From Nitrosopumilus sp. (GTDB lineage: Archaea; Thermoproteota; Nitrososphaeria; Nitrososphaerales; Nitrosopumilaceae), in NCBI GenBank assembly GCA_965219345.1, contig OZ244732.1, positions 352,001-416,000 on the forward strand: 64,000 bases of DNA, read 5' to 3'. The notes beneath the pieces are model-generated. The model did no database searches. It was not told the origin of the DNA and saw nothing but the letters and a program-made list of their open reading frames with translations. The position numbers were made by a program, and so were the translations under genes. Below, one piece after another: positions 52,217 to 61,894 of the stretch (position 1 is the first letter of the stretch; the number at the start of each line of letters is the position of its first letter).

Positions 52217-52275
52217 TGAAAGGAGTATCCCAATGTGTACAGATTACACAGACTGTGACTATATCTGTGTTCTGT
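52166..52275 (+). repeat. 36-bp direct repeat (end of cargo gene and downstream relic)
   Basis: CAGATTACACAGACTGTGACTATATCTGTGTTCTGT at 52166-52201 and 52240-52275. Confidence 0.9.
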
Positions 52276-52878
52276 CCCTAGCCTTTCTTATTTATTTTGT
52301 AAAAATCCGTCATTGTGAATTAAAAGGGATGCCGGCTGCGTAGCCATTGTCTCTGGCATCATTATGCATCGGCCTTCGCTACTGCTGCTGTTGCTGCTGC
52401 TGCCACACGGTACAGTGGTGATTTTCCATTGGATGAAGGCCGCAGCGGGGATTCCCGGCATCAAAGACTATTGGCATGGATCTGCTGACTTGCAATGCTT
52501 GTGACTCTATCCCACTTGAAGAAGCTAGCTATGTTGCCTTCACCAAGTGGGAATGTATCTTCTAAACAGATGACGGCTTTGGACAAGGATGAATGGAGAA
52601 ACCAGTCCTGACTTGTCCCCCTCGACAACCTGACAGAACCAAATTCCGAAAGGTCTAGATCATAGTATGAGAACTTGCAAGAAGGTTGAATGTCAGACCG
52701 AGTCCCCGTTGCGCTTTTATGTCTCACTAAACAAGGCTACAGAATAACACCCGAAGGTTACACAGAACCCGATCAATTATCTATTAAATCTACATTGGTT
52801 CTGATGCAAAATAGCGATCTGATCACCAAAATATGCCAGAACCGATTATATTGTAGATAAAATGACAAAGAATCACTA

Positions 52879-53175
52879 ATGGGATTCATTGACTTGTTCC
52901 GCAAAAAGAAAAAACTAGAATCAACACCTGAACCAGCTAAGGAAGAACCAGCTAAGGAAGAACCAGCTAAGGAAGAACCAGCTAAGGAAGAACCAGCTAA
53001 GGAAGAACCAGCTAAGGAAGAACCAGCTAAGGAAGAACCAGCTAAGGAAGAACCAGCTAAGGAAGAACCAGCTAAGGAAGAACCAGCTAAGGAAGAACCA
53101 GCTAAGGAAGAACCAGCTAAGGAAGAACCAGCTAAGGAAGAACCAGCTAAGGAAGAACCAGCTAAGGAAGAATAA
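52879..53175 (+). CDS. Low-complexity (EEPAK)n protein
   Basis: 98-aa ORF consisting mostly of the repeat. Confidence 0.55.
   Translation: MGFIDLFRKKKKLESTPEPAKEEPAKEEPAKEEPAKEEPAKEEPAKEEPAKEEPAKEEPAKEEPAKEEPAKEEPAKEEPAKEEPAKEEPAKEEPAKEE
52930..53172 (+). repeat. Perfect 15-bp tandem repeat, about 16 copies
   Basis: (GAACCAGCTAAGGAA)n. Confidence 0.97.
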
Positions 53176-53306
53176 AACCAATAAATTAAACTATCTTTTT
53201 GTTTATCTGTGACAGTGCACCAAAACCGAATAAACAGTTTAAGACATTTTTGATCTCTAAATTGTGAATATAATCATCTAAAAATCAATGTTAAATAATA
53301 TGAGCC

Positions 53307-54190
53307 AACTTATCCCAATACACTCCAATACGTCATAATTGATGCCAAGCAAACAAATGCAAGATAGTTCTCTGAACGTCTTTCATATCTGATTCTGGTT
53401 CCGTGAAATCCATTTTTCAACCGCGCAAGGAATCTCTCTGCAACAGATCCTGTCTTGCCGTAATTGCTGTAACTGTTATTTTGTAAAATAAATTCGGAAT
53501 TACTCTTGCAGGGAATGCAACGTGTGATGCTGCTGTTTCTCGGATAATTCCCGATGCATCCTGCACCATATCCCCTGTCCGCATAAACTGAAACAATCTG
53601 ATTCGTCATGGAATTATCTGTAAAATCTGAAATTGGTTCTGTGACATCCACAAATTTTGCACTATCATGTTCATTTGCAGGACTAATTACAGCTGATTTG
53701 GCAAACTGTTTTGTTCCGCTACAACATGAATCTTTGTGCCCGTAATCCTTTTGAACCCGTCATATCCGGTCACATCCCCCCCCCCCTCTCCCTTTTTTTG
53801 GCAGAAACTAATGGGGAGTCAGCTGATATTTTTTGTAGATTGAGTTCGTTTGATTTATGAGCGGTTCTGATTATACATGACAGAGCCTTTTTCCAGATTC
53901 CCTTTTGCTGCCAAGAGTTTGATCTTCTGCTTGTCGTTGATCTAAAACCATATTTTTTTGGCATTTGGTTCCATCTGCATCGGTTATTGCAACAAACAAA
54001 ATTCCACTGATGATTTTTCTGTCATTACTTCCTGGACGGCCCGCAGGGATGGTTTTGGAACATGCTGTTTCATCACATCCCACTGCTTGTCAGTTAGTTC
54101 TTGAAACTGCATAAAATGGAATCAATTTTGTTTCGAATGGATCTAACTGATCCTTAAAAACTCACTAAATGATCAGTTTTGGGACAAGTT
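53307..54190 (-). mobile_element. Decayed IS5-family element with frameshifted transposase
   Basis: Ends AACTTATCCCAA/TTGGGACAAGTT; fragments MQFQELTDKQW, GRP..DRKIISGILFV, YADRGY, RIRYER. Confidence 0.85.
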
Positions 54191-54599
54191 AATAGTTTCA
54201 GCATCTGCTAATCTATTTGATAAAGAAACAAGTTCGGGTGGCAGTGCAGAAGATGGCTATGATGGTAAAGCAATAGATGAAGAAACATTGGCATTACTTG
54301 GTTTTGATGACTGGCAAAAAGCGTTTAACAAAATAGGAGAATTTCCATGTACACATGAATTTTGTCGTAATCGTATAAAGACTATGGACAAATCAGAATA
54401 TACTCAATGGCAATGGTATATTGATTTACGTAAACATAATGTTTTAGCGTTAACAGATTGGATGAAAATGATTAGGGAATCAGTACAAAATGAGATGGCA
54501 GATTTATCTGTGAACAGAATAAGAAATTCTCCGTATGCTATACTTAATGAATTACTAGTTAAAAATTATGAAGATCCTACAGAAAATTTTGGACAATAA
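54191..54599 (+). pseudogene. 3' remnant of a gene cut off at the IS5 end
   Basis: Frame of the 103-aa ORF stays open back to the IS boundary. Confidence 0.5.
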
Positions 54600-54602
54600 A
54601 TA

Positions 54603-55056
54603 ATGACAAATAAGACATACGAAGTAGTTGACGGATATTATTCTTGGGAGCAAATAATTGCAACAGCACTAGAACATCCAGCTCATACGGATATTCTTGT
54701 TGAGTTTGATATGGTTCCAAAGATTCCATCTAATTTTAAAAAAATACATGCAGATAATGATGGGCAAAAAGATAACTATGGAATTAGTTTATCAGATAAA
54801 CGATGTATTCACATCAAAGTTTATGATAATTATTACAAAGTTCATTGGGACAAACGAAGCTCGTTAACAGATCCTTTGAGACAAACGAAGCTCGTTAACA
54901 GATCCTTTGGGACATCTGTATCATGATGCACCACACTGGTTTGTATTACTTGCTGTTGGTACGGTAGTAGGTCTTGGTGTAGGTACGTATTATGGATACA
55001 AAAAACTCAAAAAAATAAAATCAGAGTCTGAAGAATTACAAGAAACATATCTGTGA
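54603..55056 (+). pseudogene. Membrane-anchored protein frameshifted by a 31-bp tandem duplication
   Basis: 30-bp repeats at 54849-54878 and 54880-54909; removing one unit gives [22 protein letters not shown] plus a TM helix. Confidence 0.75.
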
Positions 55057-55177
55057 TAACAAACTGAAACCATGTCCCGATCCTTGACACTAAGATTGAA
55101 CAGTGTAAAACCCAAGATAATAATATGAACAATTACTTTGTTACACTTAACAAGTATCTAAAATAACAGGCAAAATA

Positions 55178-55254
55178 TGGCGGGTCTAGAGGGATTCGGA
55201 CCCTCGACAACCGGATTAAGAGTCCGGTGCGCTACCTGGCTGCGCCATAGACCC
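55178..55254 (-). tRNA. tRNA-Lys(CUU) with encoded CCA
   Basis: GGGTCTA...TAGACCC-G-CCA; anticodon arm CCGGA-CTCTTAA-TCCGG. Confidence 0.95.
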
Positions 55255-55313
55255 ATCAAAATAAATTAGCCCAGAGTTGTTATTAATCTTAAGATTGTAA
55301 AATAAAGGAAAAT

Positions 55314-55916
55314 CTAGTTTTGTGCTTTTGCTTCAATTTCATTATACTTTTCAAGAATTGCTGTTAGTACAGTTGAAACTGGAACATCATTCATCTTTTT
55401 CTTTTCGACAAGGATCTTTTGGTATGCATCTAGTGTGATGTATACAGGAATTGAACCATTTCCTTCAAGTAGACCTCTGACGTTGTAAAGAGCAGTCTCC
55501 ATGCCTTTCTCAGCAGATTTTGCAAATTTTGCCTTATCCAAAATTGCTCCTAGTGGACCAAATGGCATCGCATAATCTACTGACATGGTTATTCTAGTGA
55601 GATTATCACCTAATGCTTTGAATTCATTGGTAATTTGCCATTTTTTAAAAGGACCTTCAATTTGTTTTGCAGAGATTCTTTCGTTTTTAATAAATTCAGT
55701 TGTTTCACAATCCCATTCTAGACGTTTACCGCCAAAGTCACCAATAATTCTAAAAGTTGTACCCACACCCATTCCTTCTTTGATATCCATAGGAACAACT
55801 GTCATGCCCACTACATCAGTTTTAATCTGGTCAGAGATGTGTTCAGGTCTTGCAAAATAGGTAAAAACATTCTCTACTGGTGTTTTGATATCAATAGACT
55901 TTGTAACTAAGGTCAC
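55314..55916 (-). CDS. SRPBCC/polyketide-cyclase family protein
   Basis: SIDIKTPVENVF, QIEGPFKKW, VDYAMPFGPLG. Confidence 0.85.
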   Translation of the reverse strand: MTLVTKSIDIKTPVENVFTYFARPEHISDQIKTDVVGMTVVPMDIKEGMGVGTTFRIIGDFGGKRLEWDCETTEFIKNERISAKQIEGPFKKWQITNEFKALGDNLTRITMSVDYAMPFGPLGAILDKAKFAKSAEKGMETALYNVRGLLEGNGSIPVYITLDAYQKILVEKKKMNDVPVSTVLTAILEKYNEIEAKAQN

Positions 55917-56012
55917 GACTAAATTTCTCGTCGTTTAGGATTTAAAGGTTTTGAAGATTTTCGTAAAGAAATTGATTTACAATATATTTATCCATTTTCT
56001 ATGACAATCTAA

Positions 56013-56534
56013 ATGTCTAAAAGGCGATCAGTTTTTTTGATCTTTGTTTTACTATCATCTGTCTCAATATTTGATTATGCTTATGCTCATTCAATGTTTA
56101 ATTCTGCTGAGAAATTTGAAGTAGGATATAGAGTACAAGTAGCTACAGCACCAGAGTTTCCGCAAATTGGAGAACCTTCTCAATTCAGAGTAAAAGTAAC
56201 TGAAGGGTTTGACTATGAAGAAGTAGATAGATTTACAATGGGAGTACGAATTTTCTTTAATGATCAACAAGTAGATACAATACCTGTAACACACATAGAA
56301 GGATCTCATTGGGATTTTGATTATGTATGGAAAACTCAAGGAAATCATATTGTATTGATTGATTTGTACAATATTGGAGAAAATCAAGGAATTGTAACTT
56401 ATACATTTAACATGGGAACACAAAATCCGTTTGGATACATCTTCTTTACTGCAATAACTGCAGGTGCTATGGGTCTAGTAATAGTTGTTGGAATTGTTTA
56501 CTTGCCAAAAAAATTTAAAAGATTTAGATTTTAG
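56013..56534 (+). CDS. Exported, C-terminally anchored hypothetical protein
   Basis: Signal peptide ending AYA-H; C-terminal TM. Confidence 0.7.
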   Translation: MSKRRSVFLIFVLLSSVSIFDYAYAHSMFNSAEKFEVGYRVQVATAPEFPQIGEPSQFRVKVTEGFDYEEVDRFTMGVRIFFNDQQVDTIPVTHIEGSHWDFDYVWKTQGNHIVLIDLYNIGENQGIVTYTFNMGTQNPFGYIFFTAITAGAMGLVIVVGIVYLPKKFKRFRF

Positions 56535-56967
56535 ACTCCATGGGAATTCTAGAGATTCTAAATGCAAATAATGTAGTTAACAACACCATTGCAAATAACA
56601 ATATTCCAATTCCCAAATGAACTGCAACTAAAACCGCATGTAGTTTCAGATCAATTACCAAGGCACCAAGAGTGATTTGAGTAATAACAAATACAGTTGC
56701 AAGTGAGCTTGTTACTTTGATCTTCAAGTCAGCATTCTTGTTAATTAGACAGGCAACCATAGTTGCAATTACTAATGCTCCAGTAGTTGCTGCAACTAGC
56801 CTATGAGTCCATTCAATTAGATATTCCTCAGCAGGTAACACCCCACTTGGGCATAATGGCCACTCAGGACAAGTCAGACCAAGTCCAGCTGCGGAGATAT
56901 ATCCTCCAATAAACATTAGAGAATACAAAACAATCATTGTTACTAATGCAAGATACTGGATTGCCAA
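56524..56967 (-). CDS. ctaA: Heme A synthase, short archaeal form
   Basis: GLTCPEWPLC, EWTHR, QITLG, VH motifs. Confidence 0.9.
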   Translation of the reverse strand: MAIQYLALVTMIVLYSLMFIGGYISAAGLGLTCPEWPLCPSGVLPAEEYLIEWTHRLVAATTGALVIATMVACLINKNADLKIKVTSSLATVFVITQITLGALVIDLKLHAVLVAVHLGIGILLFAMVLLTTLFAFRISRIPMESKI

Positions 56968-56969
56968 AA

Positions 56970-57572
56970 CTATTCCACAATAAAGCTACCCTGCATGCCT
57001 TGTAATGCATGTCCTGGAATAGTACAGATGTAGTAATAAGCTCCCGGGGCACCAGCAGTGAAAGTAGTACTATCGCCTTCACCTGGCTTCAGAGGATTGG
57101 ACATGGTAGCAATTGCAGAGTCCCAAATTACACTGTTAAAGTCTTCAGGGTTTGAAACAACTCCAAATGAATGAAATGATTTACCCATGTTATTGGTAGT
57201 AATGGTGACATCATCACCAGAATTAACTCGGATTTCTGGATTATGACCATCCTCACCGGGTAATGCATTAAATGCCAAAGTCCTAAAGTCATCAGACTCT
57301 ACAAAGTCCAAAGTAAATTCATGAGATACGCCTGTTGGAGCTGCCGCTGTTCCTGAAGACCCAGCTGGTGCAGCATGATCGTCTTCTCCTGCCATCATTG
57401 CAACAACTGGAGCAGGTTCTGAAATCCAATAGTCCCACATTGCAAAGAATATCACTCCGCCAACAATACAAATACCCAACATTATGGCCAGCATCTTTCC
57501 AGTTCTGGATGCAGAAGTTCTGTATACTGGATGTGCTGGTTCGTTTGCTGGGTGTTCTGTTTCGTTACTCAT
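56970..57572 (-). CDS. Membrane-anchored blue (type 1) copper protein
   Basis: HSF...YYYICTIPGHALQGM. Confidence 0.92.
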   Translation of the reverse strand: MSNETEHPANEPAHPVYRTSASRTGKMLAIMLGICIVGGVIFFAMWDYWISEPAPVVAMMAGEDDHAAPAGSSGTAAAPTGVSHEFTLDFVESDDFRTLAFNALPGEDGHNPEIRVNSGDDVTITTNNMGKSFHSFGVVSNPEDFNSVIWDSAIATMSNPLKPGEGDSTTFTAGAPGAYYYICTIPGHALQGMQGSFIVE

Positions 57573-57581
57573 TTTTTTATC

Positions 57582-59108
57582 CTAATGATGTGGGTTCTTC
57601 GACTCGAACGGATAGTAGTACTTTCCACCTAGACCGAATGGGTCCTCGGTATTTGCAAGTTTTCCTTTTGCTGAACTGTAAATCATGTTGTACAGGAATA
57701 TTGCCATACTGACGCCAATAATCATTGCACCAACAGATGCAATCTGATTCATGGCAATCCATTCTGGGATTGGCGGATAATCGTAAATTCTCCTTGGCAT
57801 GCCATACAAACCAAGTACGTGTTGTGTAAAGAATACCAATATTGTGCCTACAAATGACAGGAAAAAGTGTACCTTACCCATAGTTTCATTGTACATTCTG
57901 CCCGTGACATATGGGAACATGTAGTAGAGATAACCAATTGAACCAAATGCAATAGTACCCATTACAAAGAGGTGGAAGTGACCGACTACCCAGTATGAAT
58001 CATGTGTTGAAAAGTCTAATGGCATTGCGCTGTTAACTACACCACCTGCACCCGCAGCGAAGAACAATGCGATTCCTCCAACTGCCCACATCATTGGTGT
58101 TGAGAATTTAATTCTGCCATTCCACATTGTTGCAATAAAGTTGAATACGTGCATGGCAGATGCTGGAACAGCTGCAAGAGTTCCTACCATAAAGACCGTT
58201 TTTTCGGTAAATGACATTCCTGTTGCAAACATGTGATGTGCCCATGATGAGAAAGATACTAGCGATAACATTACAAACGCAAAGACTCCAGAGTTGTAGC
58301 TGAAGATTGGCTTTCTTGAGAATCTTGGAATGATTTCATACATCATGCCAATAGCTGGAATTACCAAGACGTATACCTCTGGATGGAATGTAAACCAGAA
58401 CAAGTGTGAATATGCGATTGGATCACCGCCCATTGCAGGATTAAAAAATCCACTAACACCTAGTCTGTCAGTTAGAAGCATCAAGAGTGCTGCTGCAAAT
58501 GTTGGAATTGCAACAATGATAATCAAAGATGTTGCCAAAAATGACCAAGCTAAAAGTGGAACTTGGCCAATTGACATGTCTGGATGCTTACATTTGAGAA
58601 TTGTAACTACAAAGTTGACGGCACCAAGTACTGATGAAACACCCAAAATCTTTAGTCCAAATATCCACATGTCAGCTGCTGGACCTGGAGCACTAATGAT
58701 AGAGTATGGCGGTTGTGCGTACCAGGTAAAGTCTGCAAAGCCTAACCAGACCAGCGCAGCAGCAGGCGGAATCATCCAAAACGCAATTGCGTTAAGTTTT
58801 GGATATGCCATATCCTTGTATCTAACCATTATTGGAACAAAGTAATTACCAACTGCAGATGCAAAAGGAATGATAAACAAGAAGATCAGTGTTGTGCCAT
58901 GAACAGTAAAGATTCTGTTAAAGGTCATAGAATCAGCAATGATTTGTGTGCCAGGCAAGAACAACTCAGCTCTGATAGCAAGTGCTAATGTGCCACCTAA
59001 GAACAAGAATGCTAGCGAGGAGATAAGATAGAGTAAACCAATATCAGTGTGATGTGTCGAGAACATGATTTGCCAGATTGGACGTGGCTTTTGTAATTCT
59101 AGGACCAT
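57582..59108 (-). CDS. coxA: Heme-copper oxidase subunit I
   Basis: TVHG, WFTFHPEVY, WAHH, GHFH. Confidence 0.97.
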   Translation of the reverse strand: MVLELQKPRPIWQIMFSTHHTDIGLLYLISSLAFLFLGGTLALAIRAELFLPGTQIIADSMTFNRIFTVHGTTLIFLFIIPFASAVGNYFVPIMVRYKDMAYPKLNAIAFWMIPPAAALVWLGFADFTWYAQPPYSIISAPGPAADMWIFGLKILGVSSVLGAVNFVVTILKCKHPDMSIGQVPLLAWSFLATSLIIIVAIPTFAAALLMLLTDRLGVSGFFNPAMGGDPIAYSHLFWFTFHPEVYVLVIPAIGMMYEIIPRFSRKPIFSYNSGVFAFVMLSLVSFSSWAHHMFATGMSFTEKTVFMVGTLAAVPASAMHVFNFIATMWNGRIKFSTPMMWAVGGIALFFAAGAGGVVNSAMPLDFSTHDSYWVVGHFHLFVMGTIAFGSIGYLYYMFPYVTGRMYNETMGKVHFFLSFVGTILVFFTQHVLGLYGMPRRIYDYPPIPEWIAMNQIASVGAMIIGVSMAIFLYNMIYSSAKGKLANTEDPFGLGGKYYYPFESKNPHH

Positions 59109-59157
59109 TAGTTAATCTCCTCATTTTGAATGCTAGGAAGTTGTGATAATAATGTTA

Positions 59158-59589
59158 TCAAGCTGACGGTTCCTCCACATATAGTGTTCCGCGCATGTTA
59201 TAATGAATCAGTCCACAGTATTCTCTGCATTGGATATCATGTTCTCCCACTGCATCTGGAGCAAACCATACAACATTGACTCTTCCTGGAATTGCGTCAA
59301 GTAAAACAACATAATCATGAATATTAAAAGAGTGGATTACGTCTTTTGACATAATCTCAAACTTGTATGCCTTTCCGACTTCAACATGTAGTTCGCCGAT
59401 TTCTTTGGTTCCATCTTCATGTTCAAAAGTCCAGAACCATTGTTGTCCAGTTACTTTGATTACTTCAGCACCTTCAGGAACGTGTTCCACAAGTCTCTCT
59501 GCTTCCCATGCTTCTGCTCCAACCCATGCCATTAATGCAATTACAACAGCAACGTAAATCCATTCAGGATAATTAGAGTGTCCACTCAT
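59158..59589 (-). CDS. coxB: Heme-copper oxidase subunit II, CuA domain
   Basis: QQWFW, DVIHSF, CREYCGLIHYNM. Confidence 0.95.
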   Translation of the reverse strand: MSGHSNYPEWIYVAVVIALMAWVGAEAWEAERLVEHVPEGAEVIKVTGQQWFWTFEHEDGTKEIGELHVEVGKAYKFEIMSKDVIHSFNIHDYVVLLDAIPGRVNVVWFAPDAVGEHDIQCREYCGLIHYNMRGTLYVEEPSA

Positions 59590-59591
59590 TC

Positions 59592-59852
59592 CTACCAGTC
59601 AGTTCCCTCATATGCAGTTGGTTTTGCTTTTGGGTGAGATTCTCTAAATCTCCAGACTAACCAGATCATTGTTCCTGCGACTACTGCACCAACTGTGAAC
59701 GCAACAGTCATCATTCTAAAGAACAAGTTCCAGATAATTACTCTGCGATCAAGATATTCCCCAGGTTCGTCACCCGCAGCAAATGCCAAGTCTACTGCCG
59801 GAATTATAACTAAAACTGCCAATACTAAGAGTAATTTGACCATCCCTTTCAT
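59592..59852 (-). CDS. Oxidase subunit II N-terminal TM part (separate gene)
   Basis: IWNLF..TM..WRFRE, directly upstream of coxB. Confidence 0.75.
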   Translation of the reverse strand: MKGMVKLLLVLAVLVIIPAVDLAFAAGDEPGEYLDRRVIIWNLFFRMMTVAFTVGAVVAGTMIWLVWRFRESHPKAKPTAYEGTDW

Positions 59853-59908
59853 TAGCGATTGACTGACGAAACCTATTTTTTCTATTTAAGGGTTTTCAAG
59901 ATTACAAA

Positions 59909-60532
59909 CTACCAACCATGATCGAAACGTGATGGATCCATTACATTAATTCCTGAAAGTGAATATTTTCTATCCTTTTCTCGAAAGATGTTAAGGGAGG
60001 CATTTGCTATTATTAGTTCATAGAGATTGGTAGGAGATAGATCAACAATAGTTGAAAGCATTGCTTTGATTGGGTCCATGTGAGTTACAAGCAATACGTT
60101 CTCATCAGGATGTTTTTCAATAATGTGATCAGTAATCCCTAGAATTCGTTTTTTAACATCGGGAAAAGTTTCTACTCCATTGTGAGCAATCTCAAGTTCG
60201 CCATTATAGAATTTCATAAAGACATTACCGTGACTTTGAAAAATCTCATCATATGGCATTCCAGTAAATTTTCCCATATCAAGTTCATTAAGACGATCAT
60301 CAACCGTAACATCAAGTGAGTTATGTTTTCCAGCAATTTCTGCAGTATGCTTTGCTCTTTCTATTGGGCTTGAATAAATTGCAGAGACATTCATGCGTTC
60401 AAGTAATGTAGCAGTATGTTCAGCTTGTTTTATTCCAGTATCGGTTAATGGGACACCTTCAGTTCTGCCGGCTAAAATTCTTTCAGTGTTATTTTTTGCC
60501 TGACCATGTCTAAGGAAAATCAATTGTCCCAA
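59909..60532 (-). CDS. Histidine phosphatase / phosphoglycerate mutase family
   Basis: LRHG, SSPIERA, VTH. Confidence 0.9.
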   Translation of the reverse strand: MGQLIFLRHGQAKNNTERILAGRTEGVPLTDTGIKQAEHTATLLERMNVSAIYSSPIERAKHTAEIAGKHNSLDVTVDDRLNELDMGKFTGMPYDEIFQSHGNVFMKFYNGELEIAHNGVETFPDVKKRILGITDHIIEKHPDENVLLVTHMDPIKAMLSTIVDLSPTNLYELIIANASLNIFREKDRKYSLSGINVMDPSRFDHGW

Positions 60533-60583
60533 TTTGATCGAACTTCAAATAGAGATAATAATAACATTATCAGATAGATAATT

Positions 60584-61255
60584 ATGAAAGTAGGAATTAT
60601 TGGTGGAACTGGCGGAATGGGTAAAGGTTTTGCTCTAAGATGGTCACAAAACCACGATGTAATTGTTGGTTCCAGAGATGCTTCAAGAGCATCTAATTCG
60701 GCAGTAGAATACACCAGTCTTGCAAAGGAGGCATTTGGGGAAATAAAGGGAACAATTTCTGGGAGTGATAATCTTTCAGTTGCAAAAGAGAGTGATGTTT
60801 TGATTTTATCAATCCCATATGATAATATTGATTCAACATGTTCTGGAATATTACCTGAGATCAAAGATAGTTGTGTTGTTGTGTCTCCAATTGTTCCAAT
60901 GACAAAAACAGATGTTGGATTTGAATGTGTGGCAATTAAGGAAAATAAACCATTTTCATATGAACTAGTATCAAACCACATGAAGGACAAATCAAAACTT
61001 GTTTCAGCATTTCATGTGATTTCTGAAAAAAAGTTAGTCAATCCTACATTGGAACTTGATTATGACATCTTTGTATGTGGAGATGATGATGCATCAGTTC
61101 AGGTGGTTAATGGATTGATTAGTGAGATTAAAGGACTAAGACCAGTTTACTTGGGTCCGGTAGAACTATCTTATTTTGCAGAAATGTCTACGCCACTTCT
61201 CCTGAATGCAATGATAAAAAACAAGATAAAAAATCCCGGCATTAAGATTGTCTAA
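60584..61255 (+). CDS. npdG: NADPH-dependent F420 reductase
   Basis: IIGGTGGMGKG, GSRD, VSAFH, VCGDD. Confidence 0.9.
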   Translation: MKVGIIGGTGGMGKGFALRWSQNHDVIVGSRDASRASNSAVEYTSLAKEAFGEIKGTISGSDNLSVAKESDVLILSIPYDNIDSTCSGILPEIKDSCVVVSPIVPMTKTDVGFECVAIKENKPFSYELVSNHMKDKSKLVSAFHVISEKKLVNPTLELDYDIFVCGDDDASVQVVNGLISEIKGLRPVYLGPVELSYFAEMSTPLLLNAMIKNKIKNPGIKIV

Positions 61256-61275
61256 TTCTGTTTTTTTCATTAATC

Positions 61276-61509
61276 ATGAGTAACGAATACTATAGACGAG
61301 GCAGAAATTGGTTTACAGCAATTGGTACGCTTTTTTCCGTAATGGCAGGAATAGTTCTAATCAGGCAGCTATTCATCTGGGGACCGGAATTTGTTGAAGA
61401 TTTTTTGCTTAATGGAGAAATAACAAATGAAAAAGTTTCAATGGCAATGTTAGGCTTTGGGGTTTTTATGATAGCATTAGGATTTAGAAAACATGAACAA
61501 AAGGGATGA
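61276..61509 (+). CDS. Small 2-TM membrane protein
   Basis: 77-aa ORF in an operon context. Confidence 0.7.
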   Translation: MSNEYYRRGRNWFTAIGTLFSVMAGIVLIRQLFIWGPEFVEDFLLNGEITNEKVSMAMLGFGVFMIALGFRKHEQKG

Positions 61510-61894
61510 ATTTCTAAAATCACAAAAAGTATTACGGCTTGCAACAATTGGCAAAAATAAAACCCCACATATTGCTCCTGTTTGGTATCTGTATAGTGGA
61601 AAAAATATCTACATAGGAACAAACACGAGTACAAATAAGGCAAAAAATGCAAAAAGTAACAAACGCGTTGCCTTTTGTGTTGATGCAGGGGTTAATGCAC
61701 CGAACATTTACGGAGTGATGGGACAAGGCAGTGCCAATTTAATTTTAGAAAACAACAAAGTAAAAACAATTGCAAAAAAAATTCTTTTAAGATACTTTAA
61801 GACACTTGAAAACAAATCTGCGAAAGAATTACTAGAGGATACCGACTGTATTATAGAAATAATTCCTGAAAAATTTTCAGTTTGGAGTTACTGA
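61493..61894 (+). CDS. Pyridoxamine 5'-phosphate oxidase-like (split-barrel flavin/F420-binding) protein
   Basis: LRLATIG..PHIAPVWY, KAKN..N.RVAFCVD. Confidence 0.85.
   Translation: MNKRDEFLKSQKVLRLATIGKNKTPHIAPVWYLYSGKNIYIGTNTSTNKAKNAKSNKRVAFCVDAGVNAPNIYGVMGQGSANLILENNKVKTIAKKILLRYFKTLENKSAKELLEDTDCIIEIIPEKFSVWSY

Larger units (their letters stand above)
49802..52769. mobile_element. IS6-derived transposed unit (2968 bp) with 8-bp target-site duplication
   Basis: CGATCAAT at 49794-49801 and 52770-52777; ends GGTTCTGTGTAA.../...TTACACAGAACC. Confidence 0.85.
28900..55177. mobile_element. Genomic island/variable region next to the tRNA-Lys 3' end (boundaries approximate)
   Basis: Truncated kinase at left, tRNA 3' end at right; contains DNA-acting genes, IS relics and pseudogenes; no integrase or att copy seen. 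Confidence 0.6.

Noticed and set aside
52930-53172. CRISPR array
   Set aside because: Head-to-tail 15-bp repeats with no spacers; in frame and coding
28900-55254. att-bounded provirus at tRNA-Lys
   Set aside because: No copy of the tRNA-Lys 3' end, integrase, capsid, terminase or replication gene recognised by eye
56524-59852. Split subunit II, no subunit III and a linked cupredoxin as a novelty
   Set aside because: This is the established complex IV arrangement in ammonia-oxidising archaea
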